Shown here: one piece after another, positions 1-12,300 of the stretch
Numbering within the stretch: position 1 is the stretch's first letter
Layout of the letters: every line of letters begins with the position of its first letter
Assembly (NCBI GenBank): GCA_051362555.1
Contig: CM120644.1
Span: forward strand, 24,264,534 to 24,328,533
Direction: 5' to 3'
Source of the DNA: Lingula anatina
Taxonomy: Eukaryota > Animalia > Brachiopoda
Length of the DNA: 64,000 nucleotides
Translations under genes and position numbers: made by a program
Notes under the pieces: generated by a model
Seen by the model: the letters and a program-made list of their open reading frames with translations, nothing else
The model's database searches: none
What the model was told of the DNA's origin: nothing

Positions 1-1396
1 GTGGGATTTTTAAACCCATGCTGTGTGCCATTAGGTGAACTTGTACTCGCTGTAGCTACATGTTCTATATTCCTGGTCCTTGTCTTCATCATCTCAACAA
101 CTATGTTGGCACTTTTTCTCGGTTTGTATTCCTTTTGAGGACATTACTCTTTCTCTTCTTAGGAAAATGCACAAGTTGTTATTGTTTAACTCTTACTTAT
201 TTAATTCAAATATACAGGATCCATACAGCGGTCTATGATGACTCTTCTATAGGCAGAATTTTTAAATAGTTTATCTAAGTCACCACGTGTGACCCGTCAC
301 ATTAAATCGACAAAGTAAACGTGACAGGCATTGCGCGAATGTTGTAAAAAAAAAAAAAATAAAATAAAAAAAAAGAAACATTTCGTGCACACTGTTAAGT
401 TAAGGAGAATGAACGTTTAAAACGTAAATTTCTCGTGCAACAAATCATTATGATGGTATATACGGAGCGATTTGACTTACGCCGAAAATTAATTGTTAAT
501 GTTTCTGGAATAAACCCGAACTCTTCGTCAATTTTACTGGCACAGTACTATACCGGGTACAACTACAAACACTTCTACCACCATTCATTTGTTAGTCAGT
601 GGGTCTGTCCTTGCTGCGAATTTCGTTATGTTTGAGTGTTTCACTAAAAGACATGACCACATAATAAAAGGGAGCAACTTAAAGATGCATACAAAGTCAA
701 TTTTTTGTCACAGAAACCAACCAAATGCCAGCATATAGTTTCAAGTAGTATAACTAAGAGAATTACCAAAATGCATTGTATAATTTTACCCGAAAATGAT
801 GTTTGAACGGATTTTTCTGCTGGCATTCTAAGCTGTATGTCAATGGGGCAGGAAAGTAGGTCACGAAAGTAGGTTAAATTTACAACCATAAATTTAAAGA
901 AAGGAGCAGTCTAAAGGTCTTTTATGGCTCATCGAGTGATCTATTCAGTTTTTCCCTTGGCATGTCGAATTTATTTGAGTCATATAAGAATCTAGTAGAA
1001 GCGGTTTACATGTGTTACTGGGAATCCAGGCTCCACCGATGCTCGGTTCGTATGTACCTTTAAAGCTTAGGTTTATCTCAGGTGAATAAAGCAATTGTGA
1101 ATTTCTTGAAAGGTCAACCAAGTTATATGTCCAAAAGTCAACCTGATTGCACAGCGCGTTGGGGTAGAACGATGTTGCACTCAGCAACGTGCTGATGCAT
1201 GAGGTATGTGGAATTTGTAGTTAAAACATGTGCAAATGGTCTTTGTTATTGTTTAAAAGGTCTAGAGAGCTGTGTTTTAAGTGCAAATGAATATGTAAAT
1301 GTTCCACACAGACGCACACAGCATCATGACCCGTTTCTCGTGACTTGCATTGCTTAAAGTCTGCAGTTAGAACAGCTGACTTGAAGAAGAACAAAA

Positions 1397-1603
1397 ATGA
1401 ACTACAGAAGATATCTGAACGGAATTGGGGTGCGCCGACAGCAAGGACCGTATTTGAGGGGTCTTGTTGAGAAAGTTCAAGATATTCCTGATATGATATC
1501 ACTAGCTGGAGGCCTGCCCAACCCCTCCTTGTTTCCCATCCTGTCTGGAACTTTTAAACTGAAAGATGGAGAGGAGGTTTACTTGGACGAAAATACAATG
1601 ACG
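1397..1603 (+). CDS. AADAT: AADAT-like paralog 1 coding exon 1
   Basis: ATG at 1397; encodes MISLAGGLPNPSLFP; donor ACG|gtaggt at 1604. Confidence 0.9.
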
Positions 1604-1801
1604 GTAGGTCGGCCTTTCTCTCTCTCTCTCTTTCTCTCTCTCCGCCTGTCCAATCCAGTTACTTTGTTAACACTGTTTTTTTAAATAGTGTCAGTATTTG
1701 CAAACACTTTAACTTAATCATTTACGTCTTCTTGCCATCTTTCCAGTACCTTGCAGTACCAATACCTCACCGTGTTCAGCTTTCGGGAAATAAGACTGCA
1801 G

Positions 1802-1877
<76 letters not shown>

Positions 1878-1901
1878 GGGGGATAGAGAGTGAAAGTGTG
1901 T

Positions 1902-1980
<79 letters not shown>

Positions 1981-1997
1981 GGGGATTAAGAGAGTGA

Positions 1998-2038
<41 letters not shown>

Positions 2039-4779
2039 TGTGTGTGTTAGAGAGAGAGATAGAGGGGGGTGTGTGAGTGTGTGTGTTAGAGAGAGAGATA
2101 GAGGGGGGGGGGGTCTCACATATACATATACATTAACATATACTGTATTTCATTACAGGAGGTCCAGCAATACAGCAGCTCTCAAGGCTACCCTCCATTC
2201 CGTCAATGGTGTGAACGTTTCATTAAATCCTACCATGATCCGCCCTGCTGGGGTATGTTAACACATACTATGTCTTATAATTGACTGTGGCCAAAATCAA
2301 TATGTTGCTTTCTTGACCTCCAAAAAGTGATAATGACCGAGGCAAAGCCTCATGTATTGCTGGTCACATTATTACGTAACAATGGGTTAGGGGCGTCAAA
2401 GTATGGTTATTTTAAATGCTTTTTGATGACGTCGGAGTGGCAAATATGCAGTTTTAGCGTATCACTGAGAATATATATATAAGTTCGTATTTTATGACAA
2501 TTATATAATGAGTGTATAATAACCATTCTGGTACAATTTGAGCTTAAAGGGATAATAACTCTTCGTTTTGGCCAAAAAAGAATTTTCCTGGGGTTAACAA
2601 CAATTTTCCCATACTTACCAATGGTTAATGAATCCATTTTTACATTCAAAGTTAGTCCCTGTTTTTTTCTAAAACGTTCGTTTTTTTTTTTATATAGAGT
2701 ATAGGCATTAACGGAGGTCAAGTGGTCTAAAAACAAGCTCAGATATCAGAATAATAGCTATAACTGCCATTTTTTGTGGTAAAACAGAATGTACTATATC
2801 TCTATTAGTTGTTCACAATGTTTTTATTGTGAAATATTGATCTCATGCGAAGAGTTATTATCCCTTTAAAATAGTGCCTCCCTGCACAATAATATGTTTC
2901 CTTCAAAATTCCTCCGATCTGATTGGTCGAGAGGGAGTGAATATCGTGAGTTTTGTTACTTACGTCACCTTGTTTACGTTATGCCTTACGGTGGGTATTA
3001 TTGAAACAAATCTCACAGGACGTTTGTAAGGCGTATTTAATATCTTAGCTTAAAATTACGCGATAAATGTGTCATTACAGCCAAATCCCAGGAGAGAATT
3101 CTTTCTTGGGGATCGTATCATTCCCTTTCCCCAATACAAGTAAGTGTATAACTGCATAACAAAAAATATTAAGTTATTCCTGTAACATTGCGTGTGACTA
3201 GTCATGACATTCCAGTCTGCGTGTTACAACGTATGCCATATATCCAATGCTGCTTTCTTAGATCGTGGAGATAGGGCTTATGAGAGTCTCTAGCAATGGG
3301 TGATTTTATTAGCCTACGTAACAAAAAGGGAAATAATTCCAAATGAACAATGACGCCACAAATGGCGTCTGGGCGTACATAGACACAATGAAGCACAAAT
3401 TCTCACATAAAAGGAAAAAAGACCTGTGTTTAGATACATGCATGTACTTGTCTAAGTGTTATCTTTACAGAAAATGCGGATGAATCAAAAACTAAAATAA
3501 TGGTGACAAGCGGTGCCGCAGAGGCGTATACTAAAGTCCTTGAAATGTGTGTCAAAGAGGGCGACAAGGTACTGGTAGAAATTCCGACGTTCTCCAGCGC
3601 CATAGATAATCTCCTCACGCTCGGTGCTGAGCCGCTAGGGGTTCAAGGAGACGACCACGGCATGATTCCTGGCGAGCTGCGAAGTGTCATGTCAAAATGG
3701 AGACCCCAGGACGCAGACAATCCTCATTCTGACGTCCCTAAACTGATGTACGTCATTCCTTCCAGCAGTAACCCTTCTGGCGCCACATTGCCCCTCGAGA
3801 GAAAACGAGAAATCTACGAGATTGCCCGAGAGTACAACCTCCTCATTATTGAGGATGATCCATATTATTTTCTTCAGTTTGGAAGCCGTCTGGAGCCCAG
3901 TTTCCTTTCCATCGATACAGATGGCAGGGTGCTGAGGGCCGATTCCTTCTCAAAATGTATGACGGCCGGGTTACGTCTTGGCATCTTAAGTGGTCCCGAT
4001 TTACTAGTTTCAAAGGTTCAATCCCACGTGGGTTTCTCGCAGGAACACAGCAACAACCTCGCTCAGGCGGTGCTTCACAAAATCTTTGAGGCTTGGGGAG
4101 AGCAGGGCACAAAGAAACGATGGCGGGAGGTCTCCGCACTGTACGAACGCCAGAAAAACGCCATGGTGTCGTCTGCAAAGAAGTGGTTGACTGGATTGGC
4201 GGAGTTTGTGGAGCCTCAAGGAGGGATGTACTTATGGATAAGGTAATGCTTTGTTTATGGTTATGAATTTTTACTTGTACAATTAACTTAATTTCAACAC
4301 CTAAAAAGAAAAGTATGCAATTGTATTCATCCTTAAGCACGGCAGTTATAAAGTGCAGAATTTCCATGCACTGGTAAAAATACTACCCTTTAATGGGTAA
4401 TTTGCGGAAAGCATGCAAAGTATGTACTAGATTACTGTGGGAACATGTGATGTTTGCAAACCAATCTGGTATAACAGTCTTTTTCGATCATTGTACATCA
4501 TTCATTACCGTTACTGGGCCATTTGTTTTCTTGTTTAAATGCACTTTTTTTTTATTTCGAAAAAGACTGACGACAATCCCAGACAGCAGAAAGCTGATAG
4601 AAGAGAAAGCACTGGCTCACAAGATTGCTATGGCTCCTGGATGCATATTTTCGCCCAATCGTGACGTCCCGAGTCCTTATCTGCGGGCTAGCTATTCGAC
4701 CATTTCTGTTGATCAGATTGATGTTGCCATGCAACGGTTGGCAGAAGTCATCAAAGAAGAAATGGCATGCAAATCCTAA
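1397..4779 (+). CDS. AADAT: Kynurenine/alpha-aminoadipate aminotransferase-like paralog 1; join(1397..1603,2159..2252,3471..4242,4566..4779), 428 aa
   Basis: GT-AG introns in phases 0/1/2 join into one open frame. It has an AADAT-like N-terminus (MNYRRYL...MISLAGGLPNP) and the motifs QQYS, SNPSG, IEDDPYYFLQF, the PLP-lysine motif DSFSK..AGLRLG, PQGGMYLW and YLRASYS. Confidence 0.93.
1804..2113. repeat. Compound (GA)n/(GT)n microsatellite in intron 1
   Basis: Alternating GA and GT runs with a duplicated spacer gagttgggga..agagtgaaag. Confidence 0.95.
2159..2252 (+). CDS. AADAT: AADAT-like paralog 1 coding exon 2
   Basis: Acceptor ttacag|; encodes EVQQYSSSQGYPPFRQWCERFIKSYHDPPCW; donor G|gtatgt. 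Confidence 0.9.
2548..2865 (+). mobile_element. Kolobok-like MITE, copy 1
   Basis: TTAA|AGGGATAATAACTCTTCG...CGAAGAGTTATTATCCCT|TTAA. Confidence 0.85.
3471..4242 (+). CDS. AADAT: AADAT-like paralog 1 coding exon 3 (PLP-binding core)
   Basis: Acceptor ctttacag|; contains EDDPYY and DSFSK; donor AG|gtaatg. Confidence 0.93.
4566..4779 (+). CDS. AADAT: AADAT-like paralog 1 coding exon 4
   Basis: Polypyrimidine tract plus aaaag| acceptor; encodes APG..F..PSPYLRASYS..QIDVAMQRLA; ends in TAA. Confidence 0.88.
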
Positions 4780-5877
4780 GAGTTTCTTCAAATAAGTAAA
4801 AACCCAGTAAGTTCTTACAGAGTCCAAGATTTAATTTTCTTAAGTGTCAGATATTGTGGACAGTTGTTGTCGTGTTTTGCAAGACAGCCACAGAAATAAC
4901 ATTTAGTCTTAGTTGATTGGTGAATCCAACAACCAAAAATAATCTTCTTCGGCGTGGATAACAGCTGCAAACTAGATTTTGTGAACTGCCCAAGTATGAT
5001 GCCATAAAAATACTTTTAGATATTTCATTTAAGGAGACGCTTACGAGTGCTCAGGGACATTACCTCCAATAAAGAAACATTAAATAGCTGACTGACAAAT
5101 AAAATGGGACATTTTATAAATCCGTTAAAGATAAAGAAAATAAGAAAATGCGTGATAAGTACTGAAATATTTAAATACCCTAGCATTTGTATGGGCATTG
5201 GGTGATGGATAAACGACCAAAATCTCCAAAACGGCGTCCTTGCCACTATATATTTGTCTGATTAAGAATTCGACAACGTCAGCAAATCGAAAGCACGTGT
5301 AGTATATTTATATAATAATTTATTTTTACGTTTAACCTCTAATCAATAAGACAATCGATCAGATGAAAATGTATCACAATTTACTTTAATATCAAATAAA
5401 ACTAATGATTAACGGGGACATTGCAGGTTCATAGGTGCGGTATATATGATTGAGGCTTGGTAAACTTTATTCATGTTAATTATATGTATAAAAAAATTAA
5501 ACTTGGCTTCGTGATAAATCCTGTTAACTGACTTTTTATGGGCCATCACCGCTGTCCCCGACATGGACAAAGTCAAACCATTTCAAATCGGAGCAAGGGC
5601 GAGTTGGAGCTACATGTAGGAAGTTATAGCGACACGTTACTGGCGAGTTTAAACAGCACAGATCACAACCTTGTTTATGTTAAATATATGTTCTCTTAAA
5701 GAGATTGCTTAAAAGTTGAGTATTTAGAATTGAATCAAATGTTCAGTTCACCTTGTTATTGTTATTGTAATGATGATGTCTCTAATTAAACTGTATATTT
5801 GTTTAAATTTGGCTAGAAAAAGGAACAGATGTTCGTTCTCTGTATTATTTATTCCGTAGTGAACGTGCGTCATGTAT

Positions 5878-5916
<39 letters not shown>

Positions 5917-6964
5917 TGTGATTTATCTGCATCAGTTTCAAGCAGTCACATTTTGTTTATGTATCAATATACTGTACACATTGTAACGAACTATCATAAC
6001 TAAGCAAAGAAGAGGAGGCAGCAAAAGTAGTCTTCGTTATCGTCTGTCACCCGCAGTAGCAAGCACTATTCTTCTTGTAAAACATTATTCCTACGCATGC
6101 ATACAACAAGATGTGAGATAGTCATTTAAATATTATGAACAATAGCTAAAACAGATATCAGTCATTTAATGGATTCTAAAAAAGTAGAAGTACAAAATGT
6201 CCTTTAAATGTCAACTTTGCGTTCTTTTGTTCTTTTCCATCTCTTACAGATGTTATATATGTTGGCAGATTTTATAATTTAACGCATTTTTACAAACCCC
6301 AAGTGCTAAAACACATCTTTCCATTTTAAATTTCCAATTTACAAACCATACGCCCCCCCCCAAAAAAAAAAAAAATAATAATAATAATAATAAAAATAAA
6401 TAAATAAAAACAGGATACAAATTTTCAGTTATTGAGATAATTAAAGAAATGAACATAAGCCGACTTAAATATTTGAAATTAATTAATGTTTTTATGATAT
6501 TGAACTATTTTAAAGAAGCAGTTTTGATTTAATATTTAATTTAATCAGTGAATTTTTCTTTGATGTTTAATAATGTCACAATGTCTTTTAATTGCTTTTA
6601 TCAGTCATTTATAGGCCTAAATAAAATGTAAAACAACTTTCATTTGCAAGAATGAACATTATAACTTTATCAAATTTTAGTAATTGATATAATTTAAAGA
6701 ACTGAGCCAACATTCTCGAGCTCCAAGATCATTAACAGAAAATTCGTAGGCCTCCATTATTTCATATCAGTGGGACTATCACTGGTTTATTTTGGATCAA
6801 AATGCACTGGATGTTTTGCTTTCTTAGTATAAACTAATTTTCATTCTAAATTTCGGACTGAAATTTCTGTTTTTTTATTTTTATTTTTATTTTTATTTTT
6901 TTTAAACCACACCCCGAGCTACCTCGCCGCTGACCATGGGCAGCAGGCAAAGCCTATCTTGTAA

Positions 6965-7160
6965 TGACGTCACTATTGTTGACCTAGTTATGCAGTGACC
7001 ATAAAGGCAACAGTGAACCAGGTCAAGTTCAGATGTTTATTCCATTCTCTGAAAAGCGGCTCGTGTCCCACTGAGTTAAAAGAGGTACGTCATTGCTGAG
7101 AAGGTCATAAGCTGCCTAAACAAGAGACGTAATATCCTATATTAGGAGTGGCGTATAAGG
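6965..7160 (+). promoter_or_regulatory. Candidate promoter of AADAT paralog 2 (CRE plus nuclear-receptor half-site cluster)
   Basis: TGACGTCA at 6965, TGACCT at 6980, TGAACC-AGGTCA-AGTTCA at 7014-7031, AAGGTCA at 7101, TATAAG at ~7155. Confidence 0.3.
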
Positions 7161-7207
7161 ACAGGGTGTCAAAGATGCATTACTGTACTCTATTTACTTC
7201 GCCAGTT

Positions 7208-7381
7208 GGGGGCGTCTCGATAGTCCGAAGGTTCATTGGTCCGAAGGTTCATTGGTCCGAAAAGTGGTAACATTTTTATCGATTTTTTAATCAAGGGTTC
7301 ATTGGTCCGAAGGTTCTATAGTGAACATTCGGACCAATGAACCTTCGGACTATTGAACCTTCGGACTATCGCTACGGCCCC
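7208..7381. mobile_element. Small MITE with 15-bp subterminal repeats and 8-bp TSD (MULE-like or unclassified)
   Basis: TSD CGCCAGTT at 7200-7207 and 7382-7389; inverted arrays of GGTTCATTGGTCCGA. Confidence 0.85.
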
Positions 7382-7562
7382 CGCCAGTTAATTTGAAAGA
7401 ATGATCAAGCACGCCATGTGTTTGTATTATTAGTCCGACCCTTCTCGACTGACCAGGTCGACCGACATCACTGACTGTACAGCGCTTAAGGTAACACTAG
7501 GGTGATCTCTAGGTAAACAAACCTTTGGACCGTAGCCTACTACAGCAACGAGTCCCTCTGCC

Positions 7563-7766
7563 ATGGCGTACCGGCGTTTTCTCAGCGCTGTAGGAAGACG
7601 TCGACAGCGGCCGTATCTCCGGCGGCAGACAGAGGAGGTACAGAGTGACCAGGCGGTGATACCACTGAATGCGGGGCTGGCCCACCCGGCTCTCTTCCCA
7701 TACAGGACGGCCACGCTCCGTCTGCAGGACGGGAGACAGGTAGAACTGGGGGAGGAACTCATGCAG
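7563..7766 (+). CDS. AADAT: AADAT-like paralog 2 coding exon 1
   Basis: gccATGG start; [20 protein letters not shown] aligns to paralog 1; donor CAG|gtacat. Confidence 0.9.
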
Positions 7767-8770
7767 GTACATGTACTACTTGTACTAGAGCGTATTTTCT
7801 TGCAAAAAATCTGAATTCTCATAGACACGTTATCGGACTTCGTAGGCCTACTTCGATCCAACTCTGCAGGGACTCGCTAATTGCAATCACCTTCAATGAA
7901 TGACACGCCTACTTTTGTTTCCATCATAATTTTACATTTGCCAGCGCTACATGTAGGTATACATTTAATTTAAAACGCCAGAAGAAGGCATGGTAATCCG
8001 TTGAGGTGTTTGCACTCAGCGAGAATCCTCTCAGAGTTTAGTCGACCCACTTAGACCTACAGTATGTGTCTATGGGGATGGGGCCATAAATGCTTATTAC
8101 GGTTTGTGATGTGTACTTTATATGCTATGCGTACTGGGTGACCTATGCATATTGTCCACCAACACAAAAGTGCTAACACATATATTTCCATATACAGTAC
8201 GTAGTGCTCTGTAAACTGACCTACTATAATGCGCTTAGTTTATCTGCGGCAAGTAACTAGCATGTAAACCAGAAAATTGGGACATGCTTGACTATGATTT
8301 TGGCTGATCTCTTTACTTGCAGTTTACCATGACACGTGTGTGTGTGTGTGTGTTCGTGCGTGTGTGTGCGCCCGCGGTTATTCGGGTTTAAGTACGCGTA
8401 CACGCGTGCGTTGGGGGGTAGGCGTGTACGCGCATATGCGTTAGTGCTTGCTTGCATGTGGGGTTATGTATGTGTGTGGGAGAGAGTTTTCCAACATTCT
8501 CTTATTTTACTCTACGTATTAAATGCATGCGAATATCGATCTCTATACACACAAATAATACCGGAGCTATGTTTGACCTGGTTGACTTAAGTTAAATTGC
8601 ATCATGTTACGCAAGGTAGACATACTGGTACATTTAAATCTGGGCTTTATTTCCATTCATAACAAACGTGTTTGTGCCCTTATGTGACACTGTTCATGCT
8701 GTACGTGACTCCCCGGCACATCTCTCTAACAGGACTCCGACTGTGGTATATATCGAGTACTTGAATGCGC

Positions 8771-8813
<43 letters not shown>

Positions 8814-9361
8814 TGTGTGTTCTGGCGTCCGTGCGCGTGTTTATTTGTGTCTGTGTGTACGTGTGTGTGCATTTGCATGAAAGCCGTGTTTATGATTAAG
8901 TTGGTTTGGACCCTCCTATATCGCGGCATATCACTGTGGTCCTATAAAGAGTGAGGACATTTCCGATGTTATCAAGTATATAGCTATATACATTGGCGTG
9001 TTTGTTATATTAAATACCCACCATACAGAAGGGCGGGAATCTTAATAAATGCAAATGCCGAGCTCTATGGGATTGAAGTACATTCATGTACGCATTTGAC
9101 TGTACATGGGGCCTTTGGGAGTATGCACTTGCTCCATATGACTATCTTGTGCAAGGAAAGGGGTTGCCCATTGAATGATAGCCACTGAAACGTGTTTTAT
9201 AGTGCAGACTACTTTCTGTTATTGTAACCAGGACGTGACGAGACGTAGGTTAAATATGCTAACCATGCGCAAAATCATATAGTCATAGCGTTTATCCGGA
9301 GTGATTAGTTTATCTCTCCAATGCCTCAGTCGCAACACCCCCCCCCCAAAAAAAAAAATAA

Positions 9362-9392
<31 letters not shown>

Positions 9393-12300
9393 AAATAAAA
9401 TAAAATCTGGGTCAACTGTGATCTCTGAATGTTGAGAATGTGACATATATATTGATAGTTTTTATTTCACGTTTAATACCATCAGTTTTATTTATTCATT
9501 TATTTTTATATATCATTATTATTATTATTTTCATGAGTTAGGAAGTGCAGCAGTATAGCAATACTACCGGTTACCCTCCGTTCCGGGACTGGTGTAAGAA
9601 CTTCATTTTGGAACATCACAGCCCTCCATGCTGGGGACGAGGTAAGAGCCTGGAACATAGCGAGTACAAGTTCACTTAAAGGGATATTAACTCTTCGTAT
9701 GATATGTATACTTCACAATAAAAACATTGTGAACAACTCATAGAAATATAATATATTCTGTTTTACCACAAAAACAGCAGTTAAAGCTTTTATTCTGATA
9801 TCTGAGCTTGTCTTCAGATCACATGACCTCCATTGATGGCTGTACTCAGTTATAATCTCTTAAGAGATTTTAACAAAAAAAAAAAAAAAAACTTTTTAGA
9901 AAAAAAAAAACAGGGACTAACTTAGAATGTAAAAATGGATTCATTAACCAGTGGTAAGTATGGAAAATTGTTCTTTACTCCAGGAAGATTCATTTTTTGG
10001 CCGAAATGAAGAGTTATTATCCCTTTAAACTGGAACACACAGATCTAGAGTAACTTACTTCTTGGAAAAGTTGGCAAATTAATAGAGATAATAGTAATGG
10101 GGAAAGGTGAGAGCCAAAAACAGATGCTTTACTTCATCGAAAATAGGTATCCAAACGCTCTTCATTGCTTATTTTTATTTATCTAAAGAGACGATGATAA
10201 ACCCCATATATTCTTGCAACTTCGAATTTTATTTTTATATTTCATTTTCAAGCAAACAAGACAACGTTTTAGAGATTTATGGTAATTCATATAACACATA
10301 TATTTTTTTCTGTTTGATCCTTGATTGTTTGCTTTTTGTTTATATTTTGTTGGTGATTGTTATTCAGTCTAGACAGTTTCTATATTGGAATTAAAAAACT
10401 AATATAACAATTGAAGCGCCGAAATATTTTTTACAATATTAGAAAAAAAGTAATATGCCATTTTTAAACTGTCTCTTTCCTCAGGTGAAAATGCCACCGA
10501 CGTGATCGTCACCAACGGCGCTGCGGAGGCTGCCTTCAAGGTGCTGGAAATGTGCCTGGAGACAGACGACACCATCATTGTACAGAATCCCACCTACGCC
10601 TCCGCCATAGACCTGGTACAAGCTCTTGGCGCCAAACCTGTCGGCGTACTGGGAGACGGACGTGGAATATCACCCTTGCACCTAAGAGAAACCTTATCAA
10701 AATGGACTCCTGATGAAGTAAAAGATTCAAACTCTGATTTCCCCAAGTTGATGTATCTGGTGCCCACGGGGGGTAACCCGACAGGGGAGAATATGACATT
10801 AGAGCGTAAGCAGGAAATATACGCCATAGCCCAGGAGTTTGATTTGCTCATTCTAGAGGACGACCCCTACTACTTTGTACAGTATACAGACTCTCGTGTG
10901 CCGAGTTTTCTCTCCATTGATACAGACGGGAGAGTAATGAGAGCAGACTCGTTTTCGAAAACCGTGTCTCCGGGGTTACGTCTTGGCATCCTCAGTGGGC
11001 CAGCGCCCCTGGTGGACAAAATCGTGGCGCACATTGGATCCACGCAGGAACACTCCAGTAATTTGTCACAGGTGGCGCTGCTGATGGCCTTGGAGAAGTG
11101 GGGACGGGACGGGTTCCAGGAACATGTGAAAAAGATTCAAAGCGTTTATAAAGGACAGAGGGACGCCATGCAGATGTCGGCAGAGAAATGGCTGACTGGT
11201 CTAGCTGAGTGGGAGCTACCGGAAGCCGGGATTTATTTCTGGATCAGGTCGGAACGGGTTTTTACTTTTCTTGCTTTCACTATCGTTCTGAAAAATTAAG
11301 ATATATGTCTTTCAGAGGGCCATGTGTAAGAAAAATGTGTACACTTAACATGCGTTACCCTCTTTAAATAAAGTTTATGATTGTTTTTTATACACTTAAT
11401 CATGTCCTTTTCACTTTTTATGTACAGACACAGATGTGTCTGTTCATATAGCCATCATCTGCGTCTGTCGTCGTCGCCGTCGTCGCCGTCGTCGTCGCCG
11501 TGCACTTTTACCGATAACACGATAAGTGGAAAACCATTTTACCTTTTGACTTGAAACTTGCAGAACTGATGAATATTCATAATACGCAGGTCAAGTTCGA
11601 AAATCAGCATGATCGGGTCACTTTTAGGGAATTTATGCAATTTTTTCACTTTTTTCAGCATATATGCATCACCGATAACACGATAAGTGGAAAACCATTT
11701 TACCTTTTGACTTGAAACTTACAGAACTGATGAATATTCATAATACGCAGGTCAAGTTCGAAAATCAGCATGATTGGGCTATTTTGAGGGAATTTATGCT
11801 GTTTTTTCACTATTTTCAATATAAATGCAACACTGATAACACAATATAAGAAAAACGGATTGGCCAATTGTAATTATACTCACAGGAGTGGTCAATCTTA
11901 CTAAAACGCAGGTTGAGTTTGAAAATCAGCATAATCGGGCCATTATTTTAGAAGTTATACTGTTTTTTTTCACATTTCCTCAAAATCAATTCTTAAGCAT
12001 GTTAACAGTCTCATTATGTAACTAATAAGATGCCTAAAAGTGTTTGTTTGATATTTCCTGCATCTTTACAACATTGTTAGTTGATTATGAAAAAAAATGG
12101 TAAACTTGTTATAATGTATTGTGTAATAAAGTGTCAAAAATGGAAATAAACTCATATCATTGCAGTTTGTCAGATTCAATCATCCACTATGTTCAGAATC
12201 TCAGAATGGAGGAAATTGGACATTTAACACTGTTCTATTGATACTTTTCCCATTTCATCATTTTTTTTAGTTGGTCATATAAAAATGGCAGTAAAATGTT

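Noticed and set aside
1718-2119. ORFs rich in ER/VC/SL/HT repeats (also 8668-8929, 14869-15156, 50020-50292, 62302-62568)
   Set aside because: They are translations of microsatellites
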